A DNA stretch of 32,000 bases from Kiritimatiella glycovorans (lineage in GTDB: Bacteria > Verrucomicrobiota > Kiritimatiellia > Kiritimatiellales > Kiritimatiellaceae): positions 2,700,001 to 2,732,000 of the forward strand of contig NZ_CP010904.1 of the NCBI RefSeq assembly GCF_001017655.1. The letters run 5' to 3'. Shown in pieces: positions 1 to 8,211 of the stretch (position 1 is the first letter of the stretch; the number at the start of each line of letters is the position of its first letter). Under the pieces are notes generated by a model, which saw nothing but the letters and a program-made list of their open reading frames with translations, was not told where the DNA came from and ran no database searches. Made by a program: the position numbers and the translations under genes.

Positions 1-138
1 TTCGGAAACATTGGCCGGTTCGACGGCGTGGGTAATCGGAAACCCCTTTTCCAACAGCGCATCCGTCAAATAAACCAGCGTATCGTCCAGCGATCCGCGC
101 ACATCGTCATTGCGAATGAATAGATTCTTTGCGCTCAT
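1..138 (-). CDS. Partial CDS (N-terminal 46 codons, runs off the window); hypothetical, possibly a carbohydrate-deacetylase-like protein
   Basis: Not in the ORF track. Hand translation of the minus strand from ATG 138..136: MSAKNLFIRNDDVRGSLDDTLVYLTDALLEKGFPITHAVEPANVSE, open to position 1. The ATG overlaps the TGA (137..135) of the upstream sulfotransferase as ATGA. The 'IRNDDV' Asp-Asp segment is reminiscent of deacetylase N-termini, but 46 aa is too little to assign a family. Confidence 0.3.
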   Translation of the reverse strand, partial: MSAKNLFIRNDDVRGSLDDTLVYLTDALLEKGFPITHAVEPANVSE

Positions 139-803
139 GCGGTACTCTCGGCAGTGCTCATCGGATAACCGAAATCAAAGTCGCGTTGATAGATCCCGTT
201 TACGATCGCCCTGGATTCGGAGTCGTAATATTCGTCCGCGTGCCCGTGGTCGGATTTTTGCGTGCGTATACTCAGGTCCAGCCCCAGATCCCTTGCGGCA
301 TCTTTCAGTTCCGTTTCAATTCGATACCACTTTTTGAGCCGTATGCGCGGCCCCGCAATCCGCTTTTTCAAGCGGGGATGAAGCATGAAGTGCTGGGGAT
401 AGAAATGCGGCTCTTCCCGGTAGATCGCGGGAAGCATGCGCACAAACTCAATAAAAGTCGTCTGAAGCAATCGCTCACGGATTTGCTCGAAATCATCCTG
501 CTCGCTCAAACCCAGAAAAGGGAAGGCAAGAACCTGGCACGTCTGCCACCCCGTATCCGGCGTTCTCTGCGGCGGACTGCGGCGAAACTTGTCGGCGAAA
601 CAGGAAACCACTCGATCATACGGATTGCGCACAAACATGTAATGTTCGCGCCGGTGACCGCGCAGCGCGTCAAAAAGCAGGGCGCGGGCGAACTGCACGT
701 TGCTCAACTCCTGAAGTCCCGCCTGCTTTGTGAGCGTGGTGTAAAGCACCTTGCAGCTTGTGGAGAGATAATAGTTTCTCTCAGGATGAATAAAGCGCGG
801 CAT
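135..803 (-). CDS. Sulfotransferase (family-2-like carbohydrate sulfotransferase)
   Basis: ORF 135..929 trimmed to Met43 (MPRFIHPE...). That ATG (803..801) overlaps the TGA (805..803) of the upstream glycosyltransferase as ATGA. It carries a 3'-phosphate-binding-type motif 'FVRNPYDRVVSCF' and 'HFYPQH', both typical of Sulfotransfer_2-type enzymes. Confidence 0.7.
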   Translation of the reverse strand: MPRFIHPERNYYLSTSCKVLYTTLTKQAGLQELSNVQFARALLFDALRGHRREHYMFVRNPYDRVVSCFADKFRRSPPQRTPDTGWQTCQVLAFPFLGLSEQDDFEQIRERLLQTTFIEFVRMLPAIYREEPHFYPQHFMLHPRLKKRIAGPRIRLKKWYRIETELKDAARDLGLDLSIRTQKSDHGHADEYYDSESRAIVNGIYQRDFDFGYPMSTAESTA

Positions 804-1945
804 CAGTCCTCCTGCACTTCCTGCGACGAGGCGGATTCGAATATCTTCCGATAGCGTTTTTCCTGCGCGGACCAGCTGTAGCGTGCTTGGAACCCGGGGG
901 TGATGTTCTCCGCAGGCGCGTCCTTCCATATCCGTTTGAGGGCCCCGCGCATGGCGTCTCCGGTGATCGAGTCCAGACAGATCCCTACGTGCTGGTCTTC
1001 GACCACCTGGTGCAAGCCCGGAAAATTATTGGTGATCGCCGGAAGGCCGCACAGAAAGTAATCATAGATCTTGTTCGGTGCGCAGTAATACTGGTTCAGA
1101 TTGTCGTTTCGGTAAAAGGCCAGCCCGGCGTCGTATCCGGAAAGGCATTCATACATCTCGGCGTGGGAAACCGGCGGCAGAATGCGCACATGATCGATAC
1201 CGTGTGCCGCAATTCTCTCGTGAAGCATGCGCTGATAATCCTCCGGCCCGAACCCTATGAAGTCGCAGCGGGCCTCGGCGGGATCCACCTCGGCAAAGGC
1301 GTCGATCACTTCCTCGCAGCAGCGTTCGGGCTGCAGCGCTCCGATATAGACGATATCGAGCGGAGCGGTGGTTTCACGACTCCTTTCAGGAACGGGCCGC
1401 GAGGGACGCGGCAGGTTTTCGATCAACACGTGCTGCGCACGGCTCCGGTAATGCGTACGGCAGAATTCGAGCCGGTTGCGCTCCGCATGCAGGATCACAT
1501 CCGCCGCGCGAAAAACCACGGCATGAACCGGACGCCACATCAGCTTTTTCAGCGGCCGCATGCCCATGTGCATGAACAATTCGTTGCAGTCAAAGATGTA
1601 TCGAGTCGCGCGAAGCCGTCGTCTTGCCAGCGCTCCGCTCAGTGCCCCGTAAAGTTCTTCGCATACAATAGCGTCGGGCTCGAGCTGTACGAGTTCCTCC
1701 GCTGCGCGAAGGTTCCAGCGCAGGTGGTTCAGGTAGTTGCGAACCTTGTTCGGGTGACGGCGCAGGGGTCGGTCGAGGATCTTGAAGTCGTACGTTGAAT
1801 CATCCGCTTCCTCGTCATCGGTGCGCCCATGCAGGACCGTCACGTCGTGGCCGGCCTGGCGCAGCGTGCCGATCTGCTTGAGCATCCTGCCCTTGTAGCG
1901 CAGCATGCCGACAAAAACGAAGACCACGTTTATCCGTCTGCCCAT
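803..1945 (-). CDS. Glycosyltransferase, GT-B fold (group 1 / GT4-like)
   Basis: ORF 803..1957. The internal ATG at 1945 is preceded by GGAG at about 6 nt spacing; 1957 is the alternative start. The N-terminus 'RINVVFVFVG' and the C-terminal 'GLPAITNNFPGLHQVVED' region match the GT-B nucleotide-sugar binding half. Confidence 0.8.
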   Translation of the reverse strand: MGRRINVVFVFVGMLRYKGRMLKQIGTLRQAGHDVTVLHGRTDDEEADDSTYDFKILDRPLRRHPNKVRNYLNHLRWNLRAAEELVQLEPDAIVCEELYGALSGALARRRLRATRYIFDCNELFMHMGMRPLKKLMWRPVHAVVFRAADVILHAERNRLEFCRTHYRSRAQHVLIENLPRPSRPVPERSRETTAPLDIVYIGALQPERCCEEVIDAFAEVDPAEARCDFIGFGPEDYQRMLHERIAAHGIDHVRILPPVSHAEMYECLSGYDAGLAFYRNDNLNQYYCAPNKIYDYFLCGLPAITNNFPGLHQVVEDQHVGICLDSITGDAMRGALKRIWKDAPAENITPGFQARYSWSAQEKRYRKIFESASSQEVQED

Positions 1946-3846
1946 GAAATACTCCATTCGAATGATTCATCTTCCGCCGCGTCTTCGATGACGCGCGTGA
2001 AGACGAGTGCGAAGGCGTCCTCAAACACCCCGTACGACGGGCTGTGCGCGAAAGGCTCTGATGCCACCTGCGCGCCGCGCGGAGGCAAAACCGTACAGCG
2101 GTGCGTTTCATCATCCTGTTCCACGATCCGCCAGCGGCCCTCGTCCTCGATGGCCTCGAGTCCCGGCGCGAGATGCAGCCGCCACGTCAGCCGGTCGCCC
2201 CGCCTCAGGCCGGTCAACCGGTCGCGCAGGCGCATTCCGTCGGCGGCGAGTTCGAACCGGCGTCCGCATTCCGTACCCGATCTTCCCAGCGAATGGAATC
2301 CCTGATGGACTGCCTCGAGCGCATTTTTTTCACACTCCACGACCCGGGTCTGCGTTTCATCCGGCATACCGAAAAGTGTCTCCGGAATCGAATTCTGTTC
2401 CGCCGCGTTGATGCTCAAAACATTGTGCGCCTGAGTCGAGCGGTAGCGGTTACGCACTTCGGGGTCGGAGGTATAGACGCCGGTTCCGCGGTCTACGAAC
2501 AAATCGCGGCCATTCAGATTCAGTTCAAACGAAAGCTGGTCGTTGTGCGCGTGCCCTCCGGCGTGGGCGAGCGGGCCGGCGCGCACCATCAGCCAGGCGG
2601 GTCCGAACCTCCGGATGAAAAAACCGCCCTGCTCATACGCGACCCAGCCTTCATGGCCGGAGGCCGTACCCGGACGCGTCCCGTCCAGAAGAACGCGATC
2701 CACACTTAAGGGCGTCCCGCCGGAATCGTCCGGTGGGAACAGGTACCGGTGGTCGCGCAGATCGGGTATCGGGGTGCCGAGCAGACGGCCGTCGTCCTGA
2801 TCCCCGATGAGCGGGGCATGGCCGTTCGGCTTGGTGTAATCACGTACGAAACCCTGCATGCGTTCGAGCCGGTCGTCGAACCCCTGCGAAAACGGGGTCC
2901 CGGCGCTGCGCGCAAGAGCGCGGCACCAGAGGAACATCTCCAGGGCGAGGCGGTGATAGCCCGTGGACCGTTCAAAATGAACCCCGTCGGCCGTGCACTG
3001 GTGCATCATCTCCGCTTCGAGCCGGTGTCGCGCGAACTGCGCCCAGCGGCGTCCCTCCGGGCGATCGCCGAAGAGGAGTCCGATCGTGTACAGCCCCGTC
3101 AGATCGGCGAGGAAGTGGTTGGCGCGCGAGGGGGAGCAGGGGCCCAGCCATTCCAGGTGCGTGCGGATCCACCTGCCGTGCGCGTGCAGCACGCCCGAAA
3201 AGCGCCGCCGAAACCCGGCAAGATCGGGGGCGTCCAGCGACTCGCTCATCAGCCCGTATCCCGCCAGCCAGTTGACGGCGCGGATCGCGACCTCCATGGC
3301 GCAGGCCCAGTTGACCCCATACCCGGGCGGGTTGGCCTCGATCCAGGACTCGACCTGCTCCCTGAATGCGCGGGGGTAACGCTCGTCTTCCTCCATCAGC
3401 CACGCCAGACCCATCGGAATCGCGTGTTGGAGCCGGCTCAGCTCCCAGGGGCCCTTGAGATCCGCTCCTTCAGGGGTCTGTTTTGCGGCATCAAGGTAGA
3501 GGAAATCCCGGCGCCAGCATGCACCGCTTCGGATATCGCGGTGCCAGTCGATCGCATTCTCGAAACGGTACGGGCCGCTTCCCAGCAGGTCGAAACAACC
3601 TTCCGCCGCACGCCCGGCCGCAGCGCGAACGGCGTCGCGCTCCTCCGCAGAAAGGGGCTCTTTCAGAAGGGCGCGCATTCTGGCCGGTGCGCCGAACGGC
3701 ACCCGCGCCGCAAAGCGGGCGAGACGCACATCCGCATCAACGTCGTCACGCACGGCGGGAAACATAATTTCCGGGCAGCGTCGCTCGAGGAATCGACGCG
3801 CGCGACGGGCGAGCTTATACCGGCATGTGACGGGGTGATGCGGCAT
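1930..3846 (-). CDS. Heparinase II/III-like (alginate-lyase-fold) family protein with no recognisable signal peptide
   Basis: ORF 1930..3858. The GTG at 3858 would overlap the upstream stop as GTGA; the ATG at 3846 is the alternative start used here. Family hallmarks are 'AGGHAHNDQLSFEL' (about 2541..2576) and 'RSTQAHNVLSIN'. The N-terminus MPHHPVTCRYKLARRARRFLERR is charged and not hydrophobic. Confidence 0.8.
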   Translation of the reverse strand: MPHHPVTCRYKLARRARRFLERRCPEIMFPAVRDDVDADVRLARFAARVPFGAPARMRALLKEPLSAEERDAVRAAAGRAAEGCFDLLGSGPYRFENAIDWHRDIRSGACWRRDFLYLDAAKQTPEGADLKGPWELSRLQHAIPMGLAWLMEEDERYPRAFREQVESWIEANPPGYGVNWACAMEVAIRAVNWLAGYGLMSESLDAPDLAGFRRRFSGVLHAHGRWIRTHLEWLGPCSPSRANHFLADLTGLYTIGLLFGDRPEGRRWAQFARHRLEAEMMHQCTADGVHFERSTGYHRLALEMFLWCRALARSAGTPFSQGFDDRLERMQGFVRDYTKPNGHAPLIGDQDDGRLLGTPIPDLRDHRYLFPPDDSGGTPLSVDRVLLDGTRPGTASGHEGWVAYEQGGFFIRRFGPAWLMVRAGPLAHAGGHAHNDQLSFELNLNGRDLFVDRGTGVYTSDPEVRNRYRSTQAHNVLSINAAEQNSIPETLFGMPDETQTRVVECEKNALEAVHQGFHSLGRSGTECGRRFELAADGMRLRDRLTGLRRGDRLTWRLHLAPGLEAIEDEGRWRIVEQDDETHRCTVLPPRGAQVASEPFAHSPSYGVFEDAFALVFTRVIEDAAEDESFEWSISWADG

Positions 3847-3854
3847 GGTTCTAT

Positions 3855-5996
3855 TCACGCGGTCAGCATATCGGCGGCCCGGCGCGAGATTCGCCAGCTC
3901 TCTTCCATCTCCGCGCGCGCGATCGGGAACCGCGTTCCGGACAGGATCTGATCGGCGAAATACATCAGCTCCGTGCGATGACCCTTCTCCGCCGACTTGT
4001 CCTCCCAGTCCGCAGCGACACCGAATCCCCGCACAGACTTATAATCGACCATTTCGATCATTTGTTCATCGAAGAAGACGTCCATCCGCTCTTTCGGCGC
4101 CTGTTTCGATCCGATCCCCGTATAGAGCAGCGAGGCGACCGAACCGTCCGCGTAGCTCACCGTGATCACCGCGTTGTCCTCCGCCCGCACGGAATCGGTA
4201 CGCGGCCGGACTCCGTCGACGCTCACCGATGCGGCGGGCGCGTTGATCAGGAAGCGAAAGAGGTCGAAGATATGGCACCCTTCACCGACAATGCGGCCGC
4301 CACCCTCTTCCGTATGCACCCAGTGATCATAGGGGATGTATCCGCCGTTCATCACGTAACGAATCATGACCGGATTGACGCGTCCCTCAAGCCGCGGCCG
4401 GATCTGCGCGATCGCCGGCGCGAAGCGACGGTTGAATCCGACCATGTAAGGTGCCTGCGTCTCGTCGAGCGCATTCGAAAGCATCTCGAACTGCGTCTCA
4501 GTCACCGCCATCGGTTTTTCGACAAAGACCGCCTTCCCGCGCCGCAGCGCCCGGGCCGCAATCTCCGCATGAGAGTCGTGCCGCGTCCCGATCAGCACCA
4601 CGTCCGCGTCGCCCTCCAGCACCCGCCGCGGATCGGTTTCAATGCTGATACGGTCGCGACCGAACATCCGGGCCGCTTTGCGGGCGGCGAGGGCGTTCTG
4701 ATCACAGATCGCCGTGACCTCGTAGCGCGCGCCGAGTTCCTTCAGATTCGGCACGTGCATGCCGCAGACGAACGACCCGGCCCCGATCAGTGCGGTCTTG
4801 AGCGGTTTCCCTGATGCCGGCGGGCTCCACTCCACCGCCGGGATGCTGACGGAGGCCTCCCCGCGCGGGATCTCTTCTTCAGAAGGTTCGTAGGTAAGCA
4901 ACACCAGCAGCGGCCGCTCCCCGCCCTTCAAGGCGCTGAATGCCTCCTGGGCGCGCTCCACGGGAAAGGTTTCACCGATGATCTCATGGAGCCTCACGGC
5001 ACCGGACGCGATCTGTTCCAGGTAGGCGCCCATGTTGCGCTGTTCAGTCCAGCGCACGTAAGCGTAAGGGTAGTCGTGGCCTTTGCGCTCGTACTGCTCG
5101 TCATAGCGTCCCGGACCGTAGGATGTGGACAAAACAAAATCCAGTTCCTTGCGGTACATCTCCTTGCGGTCCAGTTCCATGCCTGCCACGCCGACGAGCA
5201 CCACGCGTCCTTTGCGCCGTGACATGCGGAAGGCCTGCAGGAGCGGCTCGCTGGACGACGTCGCGGCGGTGACGATCACACGGTCGGCACCCTGTCCGTT
5301 GCAGTGGTGGGTCACCCGGCTCGCCGCATCCCCGTCCTCCGGATTGAACACCTTCTCCGCACCCAGTGCGCGGGCCTGTTCCAGTCGGCGCGCGTCGAGA
5401 TCCAGCCCGATTACACGGCAGCCCGACGCACGCAGGAGCTGGACGGTCAGCAGCCCGATCGCGCCGCAGCCTATAACGGCGACGAAATCCCCGAGCTGCA
5501 CTTCCGCGCGTCGCACGCCCTGCAGGGCGATGCCTCCGAGCGCGCATGTGCTCGCATCCTCCAGCGTGACCCCGTCGGGGATCCGCACCGCGAGATTCAC
5601 AGGGACCGACGCCATTTCCGCATGATTCGCATATCCCGCGCCGGCGATCGCCACGCGGTCGCCCGGCGCAAAACCTGTCACCCCCCGGCCTGCGTCGCTC
5701 ACAACGCCCGCTGCCGAGTACCCGCTGGCGGACTCCGCCCCCTGCTTCGCCTGCGCTTTGCGGAGAACCGTCAGCACCCCTTCCGTCTTCATCCGTTCGA
5801 ACGCCGCCTTCACTTTTTCGGGATGCTCGCGGATCTTGTCGAACAGCGTCTTTCCCGAGGCCGTAAGTCCCGCCATTTCCGTGCCGGGACTGATGCAGCT
5901 CGCCCGCACGTCGACGAGAAGCTGTCCGTCTTCCGCTGCCGGAGGAGGCACGTCCACCGGCCGAGCTGCGCCGCTGCTGAAAATAATACGCTTCAT
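3855..5996 (-). CDS. Bi-domain oxidoreductase (N-terminal zinc/MDR alcohol-dehydrogenase-like domain fused to a C-terminal Gfo/Idh/MocA domain)
   Basis: 713 aa. The MDR part has the Rossmann motif 'AVIGCGAIGLLTVQLL'. The second half starts 'ALIGAGSFVCGMHVPNL' and carries the Gfo/Idh/MocA 'VFVEKPMA' (EKP) motif. Confidence 0.85.
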   Translation of the reverse strand: MKRIIFSSGAARPVDVPPPAAEDGQLLVDVRASCISPGTEMAGLTASGKTLFDKIREHPEKVKAAFERMKTEGVLTVLRKAQAKQGAESASGYSAAGVVSDAGRGVTGFAPGDRVAIAGAGYANHAEMASVPVNLAVRIPDGVTLEDASTCALGGIALQGVRRAEVQLGDFVAVIGCGAIGLLTVQLLRASGCRVIGLDLDARRLEQARALGAEKVFNPEDGDAASRVTHHCNGQGADRVIVTAATSSSEPLLQAFRMSRRKGRVVLVGVAGMELDRKEMYRKELDFVLSTSYGPGRYDEQYERKGHDYPYAYVRWTEQRNMGAYLEQIASGAVRLHEIIGETFPVERAQEAFSALKGGERPLLVLLTYEPSEEEIPRGEASVSIPAVEWSPPASGKPLKTALIGAGSFVCGMHVPNLKELGARYEVTAICDQNALAARKAARMFGRDRISIETDPRRVLEGDADVVLIGTRHDSHAEIAARALRRGKAVFVEKPMAVTETQFEMLSNALDETQAPYMVGFNRRFAPAIAQIRPRLEGRVNPVMIRYVMNGGYIPYDHWVHTEEGGGRIVGEGCHIFDLFRFLINAPAASVSVDGVRPRTDSVRAEDNAVITVSYADGSVASLLYTGIGSKQAPKERMDVFFDEQMIEMVDYKSVRGFGVAADWEDKSAEKGHRTELMYFADQILSGTRFPIARAEMEESWRISRRAADMLTA

Positions 5997-6009
5997 GCTA
6001 CACTCGCTT

Positions 6010-6681
6010 TCAGGCTATGGCTTCCACGTAGAAAGACTCGTGGCTGCGTTCTTTAAGATCAATCAGCAGCTCAGCGTCGTCACCCTCCATAAAGGACTGT
6101 TGTGAAATCGAATCAAATCCCGCTTTGTCCAAGGCTTTCTCGAGAAGTTCATAATCATACATGCACTTGTGAGTCCCTCCGCAGGCCCCGAATATGCGGT
6201 TCAGCGACATTATGGGCGTGTATATGGGAAATATGCGCTTATGTTCATCTTCGCCGGGAAACCTGTATTTCGAAGGCTCGCTGCGTTTTTTCATGTATGT
6301 GCCGATATAGAAATCCGGATCGGGTAATACCACACGCAAGACGCCTCCTTTTTTGAGCGCTCTTTTACATTCCCGTAACAAATTCAGCCCCTCGCCTATA
6401 TCAAGATGCTCAAGGCAGTGGGAGCTATATATTCCCGATAAAGAATTGTTTTTTAAAGGAAGCGGATGGGAGAGGTCCCAGCATATGTCAATACCGGGGC
6501 TCCAATTTTAATCGAGGTTTATAAACTCTTCATGAATACTGCGACCACAGCCTAAATCCAGGTATTTGCAGCTTCTGAGTTTATCCTTATGGACGAAAAG
6601 CTTTCTGTTTCTAATCAGATCACTGATAAGAAAGCGAAGTCGCGCATATTCATGCCATGGCCTTATGAGCTTTTTCTTCAT
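6010..6681 (-). pseudogene. Class I SAM-dependent methyltransferase interrupted by an in-frame TAA
   Basis: Hand translation from ATG 6681: MKKKLIRPWHEYARLRFLISDLIRNRKLFVHKDKLRSCKYLDLGCGRSIHEEFINLD*NWSPGIDICWDLSHPLPLKNNSLSGIYSSHCLEHL...LKKGGVLRVVLPD... The stop TAA lies at 6510..6508 in the same frame, between SAM motif I (LDLGCG) and the rest of the domain. The ORF track only reports the 3' piece 6010..6381, which starts at TTG. Confidence 0.7.
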
Positions 6682-6935
6682 TATTATCCCTTTTGCTTTT
6701 TCAGAATCAGCGGCAGTCCCCCGGTGGGGGCGGTTAAACAGTTCTTTTTCGTGTTCCGTAAAATTTATCCCAACGCTTCTACAGCGGCCTCAGTCTCAGT
6801 TCTGCGCCGCGCCCGAAGACCACGAGCCTCGAGCCCGCTGCTTCGATACAATAAATCCGCAGGCTTTAAGGGTATAGTTATTTACATCCCTCAGATAAGA
6901 AAATAACCTCTGTCTGATCTGGGTCTGCCCGTCGC

Positions 6936-7880
6936 ATGAAAATACTGAGTGACATCAAATTGGCCGCCATGTTCCTGCGCAGCAGCCTGTACCTTGACCT
7001 GCACAGGCCGGGGCCCACGGTGCTGCTCGCCGGTGATGGCCGCAGCGGGACGACGTGGCTCTCGAAGGTCATCAACCACGACGAGTCCTTCCGCTATATT
7101 TTCGAACCCTTCTTCGGCGAGAAAGTGCCGCTGTTCGAAAAATTTACCCCCCATCCCTATCTTCGGCCGGAAGAACACGCCCCGGAATTCGAGCGGTGCT
7201 GCCGGGAACTCTTTCAGGGACGGATACGGGGACTCTGGCCCGACGTCCACAACCGCAAACGGCTTCCAACCAACCGCAGACTGATCAAGGCCATTCGGGC
7301 CAACTTCTGTCTGGCATGGCTGCGGCGGCGATTCCCGGAGCTTAAAATCGTCTTTTTGATCCGCAATCCCTATGCCGTGGCGAATTCCAAGCGACGGTTC
7401 GGTTGGAAAAGCTCAGTCGACCACCTGCTCGACCAGCCGCGGCTAATGGAGGATCACCTGGGACCACACGCCGCCATGCTGCATAAGGCATCAACACCGT
7501 ACGAACGCTATATCCTCCAATGGTGCGCGATAAACCATGTCGCATTGCGACAGCTCGGCCGGGACGAAATTTTTATCGCGTTCTACGAGGACTTCTGTAC
7601 GCAGCCTGAGACGAAGATCCCCCAATTGTTTTCTTACCTGGGAATCCCCTACGATCAGGCGGTGCTCCGCAAAACAACCCGTCCATCCCCCACCTGTAAA
7701 AAACACTCCGCGATAAAGACCGGAGAGAACCTCGTCGACTCCTGGAAAAAACATACCTCCGAAGATGAACTCTTGCGCGCGCAGCCCATCCTTGAAGCCT
7801 TCGGTCTTGATAGACTCTATGATGATGCCGGGATGCCGGGGCAGGATGCCCCGCAGAAAATGCAGGTGCACCTCCCTTAA
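6936..7880 (+). CDS. Sulfotransferase (PAPS-dependent, Sulfotransfer_1/3-like)
   Basis: 314 aa and the only biosynthetic CDS on the plus strand. It has the 5'-PSB loop 'GDGRSGTTWLSK' and the 3'-PB motif 'FLIRNPYAVANS'. Confidence 0.8.
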   Translation: MKILSDIKLAAMFLRSSLYLDLHRPGPTVLLAGDGRSGTTWLSKVINHDESFRYIFEPFFGEKVPLFEKFTPHPYLRPEEHAPEFERCCRELFQGRIRGLWPDVHNRKRLPTNRRLIKAIRANFCLAWLRRRFPELKIVFLIRNPYAVANSKRRFGWKSSVDHLLDQPRLMEDHLGPHAAMLHKASTPYERYILQWCAINHVALRQLGRDEIFIAFYEDFCTQPETKIPQLFSYLGIPYDQAVLRKTTRPSPTCKKHSAIKTGENLVDSWKKHTSEDELLRAQPILEAFGLDRLYDDAGMPGQDAPQKMQVHLP

Positions 7881-7883
7881 CTC

Positions 7884-8080
7884 TCACGCGCTGGTTCGGC
7901 TTGCGTCTCTCGGGTAAGGCGCGATCTCCGAGCACGGCGGTTTCGGAGAAACCGCCCTACCTTCACGCGTTGGTTCAGCCTGCATCTCTCAGGCAGGGCG
8001 TGCTCTCCGAGCGCGCCGCTCTTTTGCGGACGGCCTTCTGCTGTGCAGCAGAATCCCTACACGCGCTTGGTTCGGACTAC
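7884..8080. repeat. Tandem repeat of about 80-97 bp, 2.3 units, between convergent genes
   Basis: Unit starts are TCACGCGCTGGTTCGGCTTGCGTCTCTCGGG (7884), TCACGCGTTGGTTCAGCCTGCATCTCTCAGG (7963) and a partial CACGCGCTTGGTTCGGACTAC (8060). The two complete units each end in CCCTAC. The first 50 nt of units 1 and 2 are about 80% identical. Each unit carries its own hairpin: GGCGGTTTC-GGA-GAAACCGCC at 7936..7956 and TTCTGCTG-TG-CAGCAGAA at 8036..8053. Confidence 0.7.
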
Positions 8081-8211
8081 ATTTATTGGCCATGAGTTTC
8101 TTGAATCCGTGGAGCAGAATCGTGCCTTTCGCGTGTTTCGCAGTGACTCCGCACCGGCACGGAACGACGACAAGCGGCAGCTGCACATAGAGCATCCCCT
8201 GCACTGCGGCC

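Noticed and set aside
6566-6906. Two overlapping plus-strand ORFs (103 and 105 aa) in the low-GC patch.
   Set aside because: They are antisense to the methyltransferase reading frame, which has clear SAM-binding motifs. They show no motifs of their own.
7884-8080. Tandem repeat considered as a small CRISPR array or a tRNA-like element (GGTTCGG/GGTTCAG resembles a T-loop).
   Set aside because: There are only 2.3 units and the units abut without spacers. Unit length (80-97 bp) and partial divergence do not fit CRISPR repeats. No acceptor or anticodon stems could be drawn around the T-loop-like motif.
8100-8170. Possible seventh, decayed copy of the iteron repeat (ATCCGTGG 8105..8112, ATCGTGCC 8119..8126, CACCGGCACGGA 8152..8163).
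   Set aside because: The matches are short and irregularly spaced, and none of the other modules is present. It is mentioned under the tandem-repeat finding but not called as a feature.
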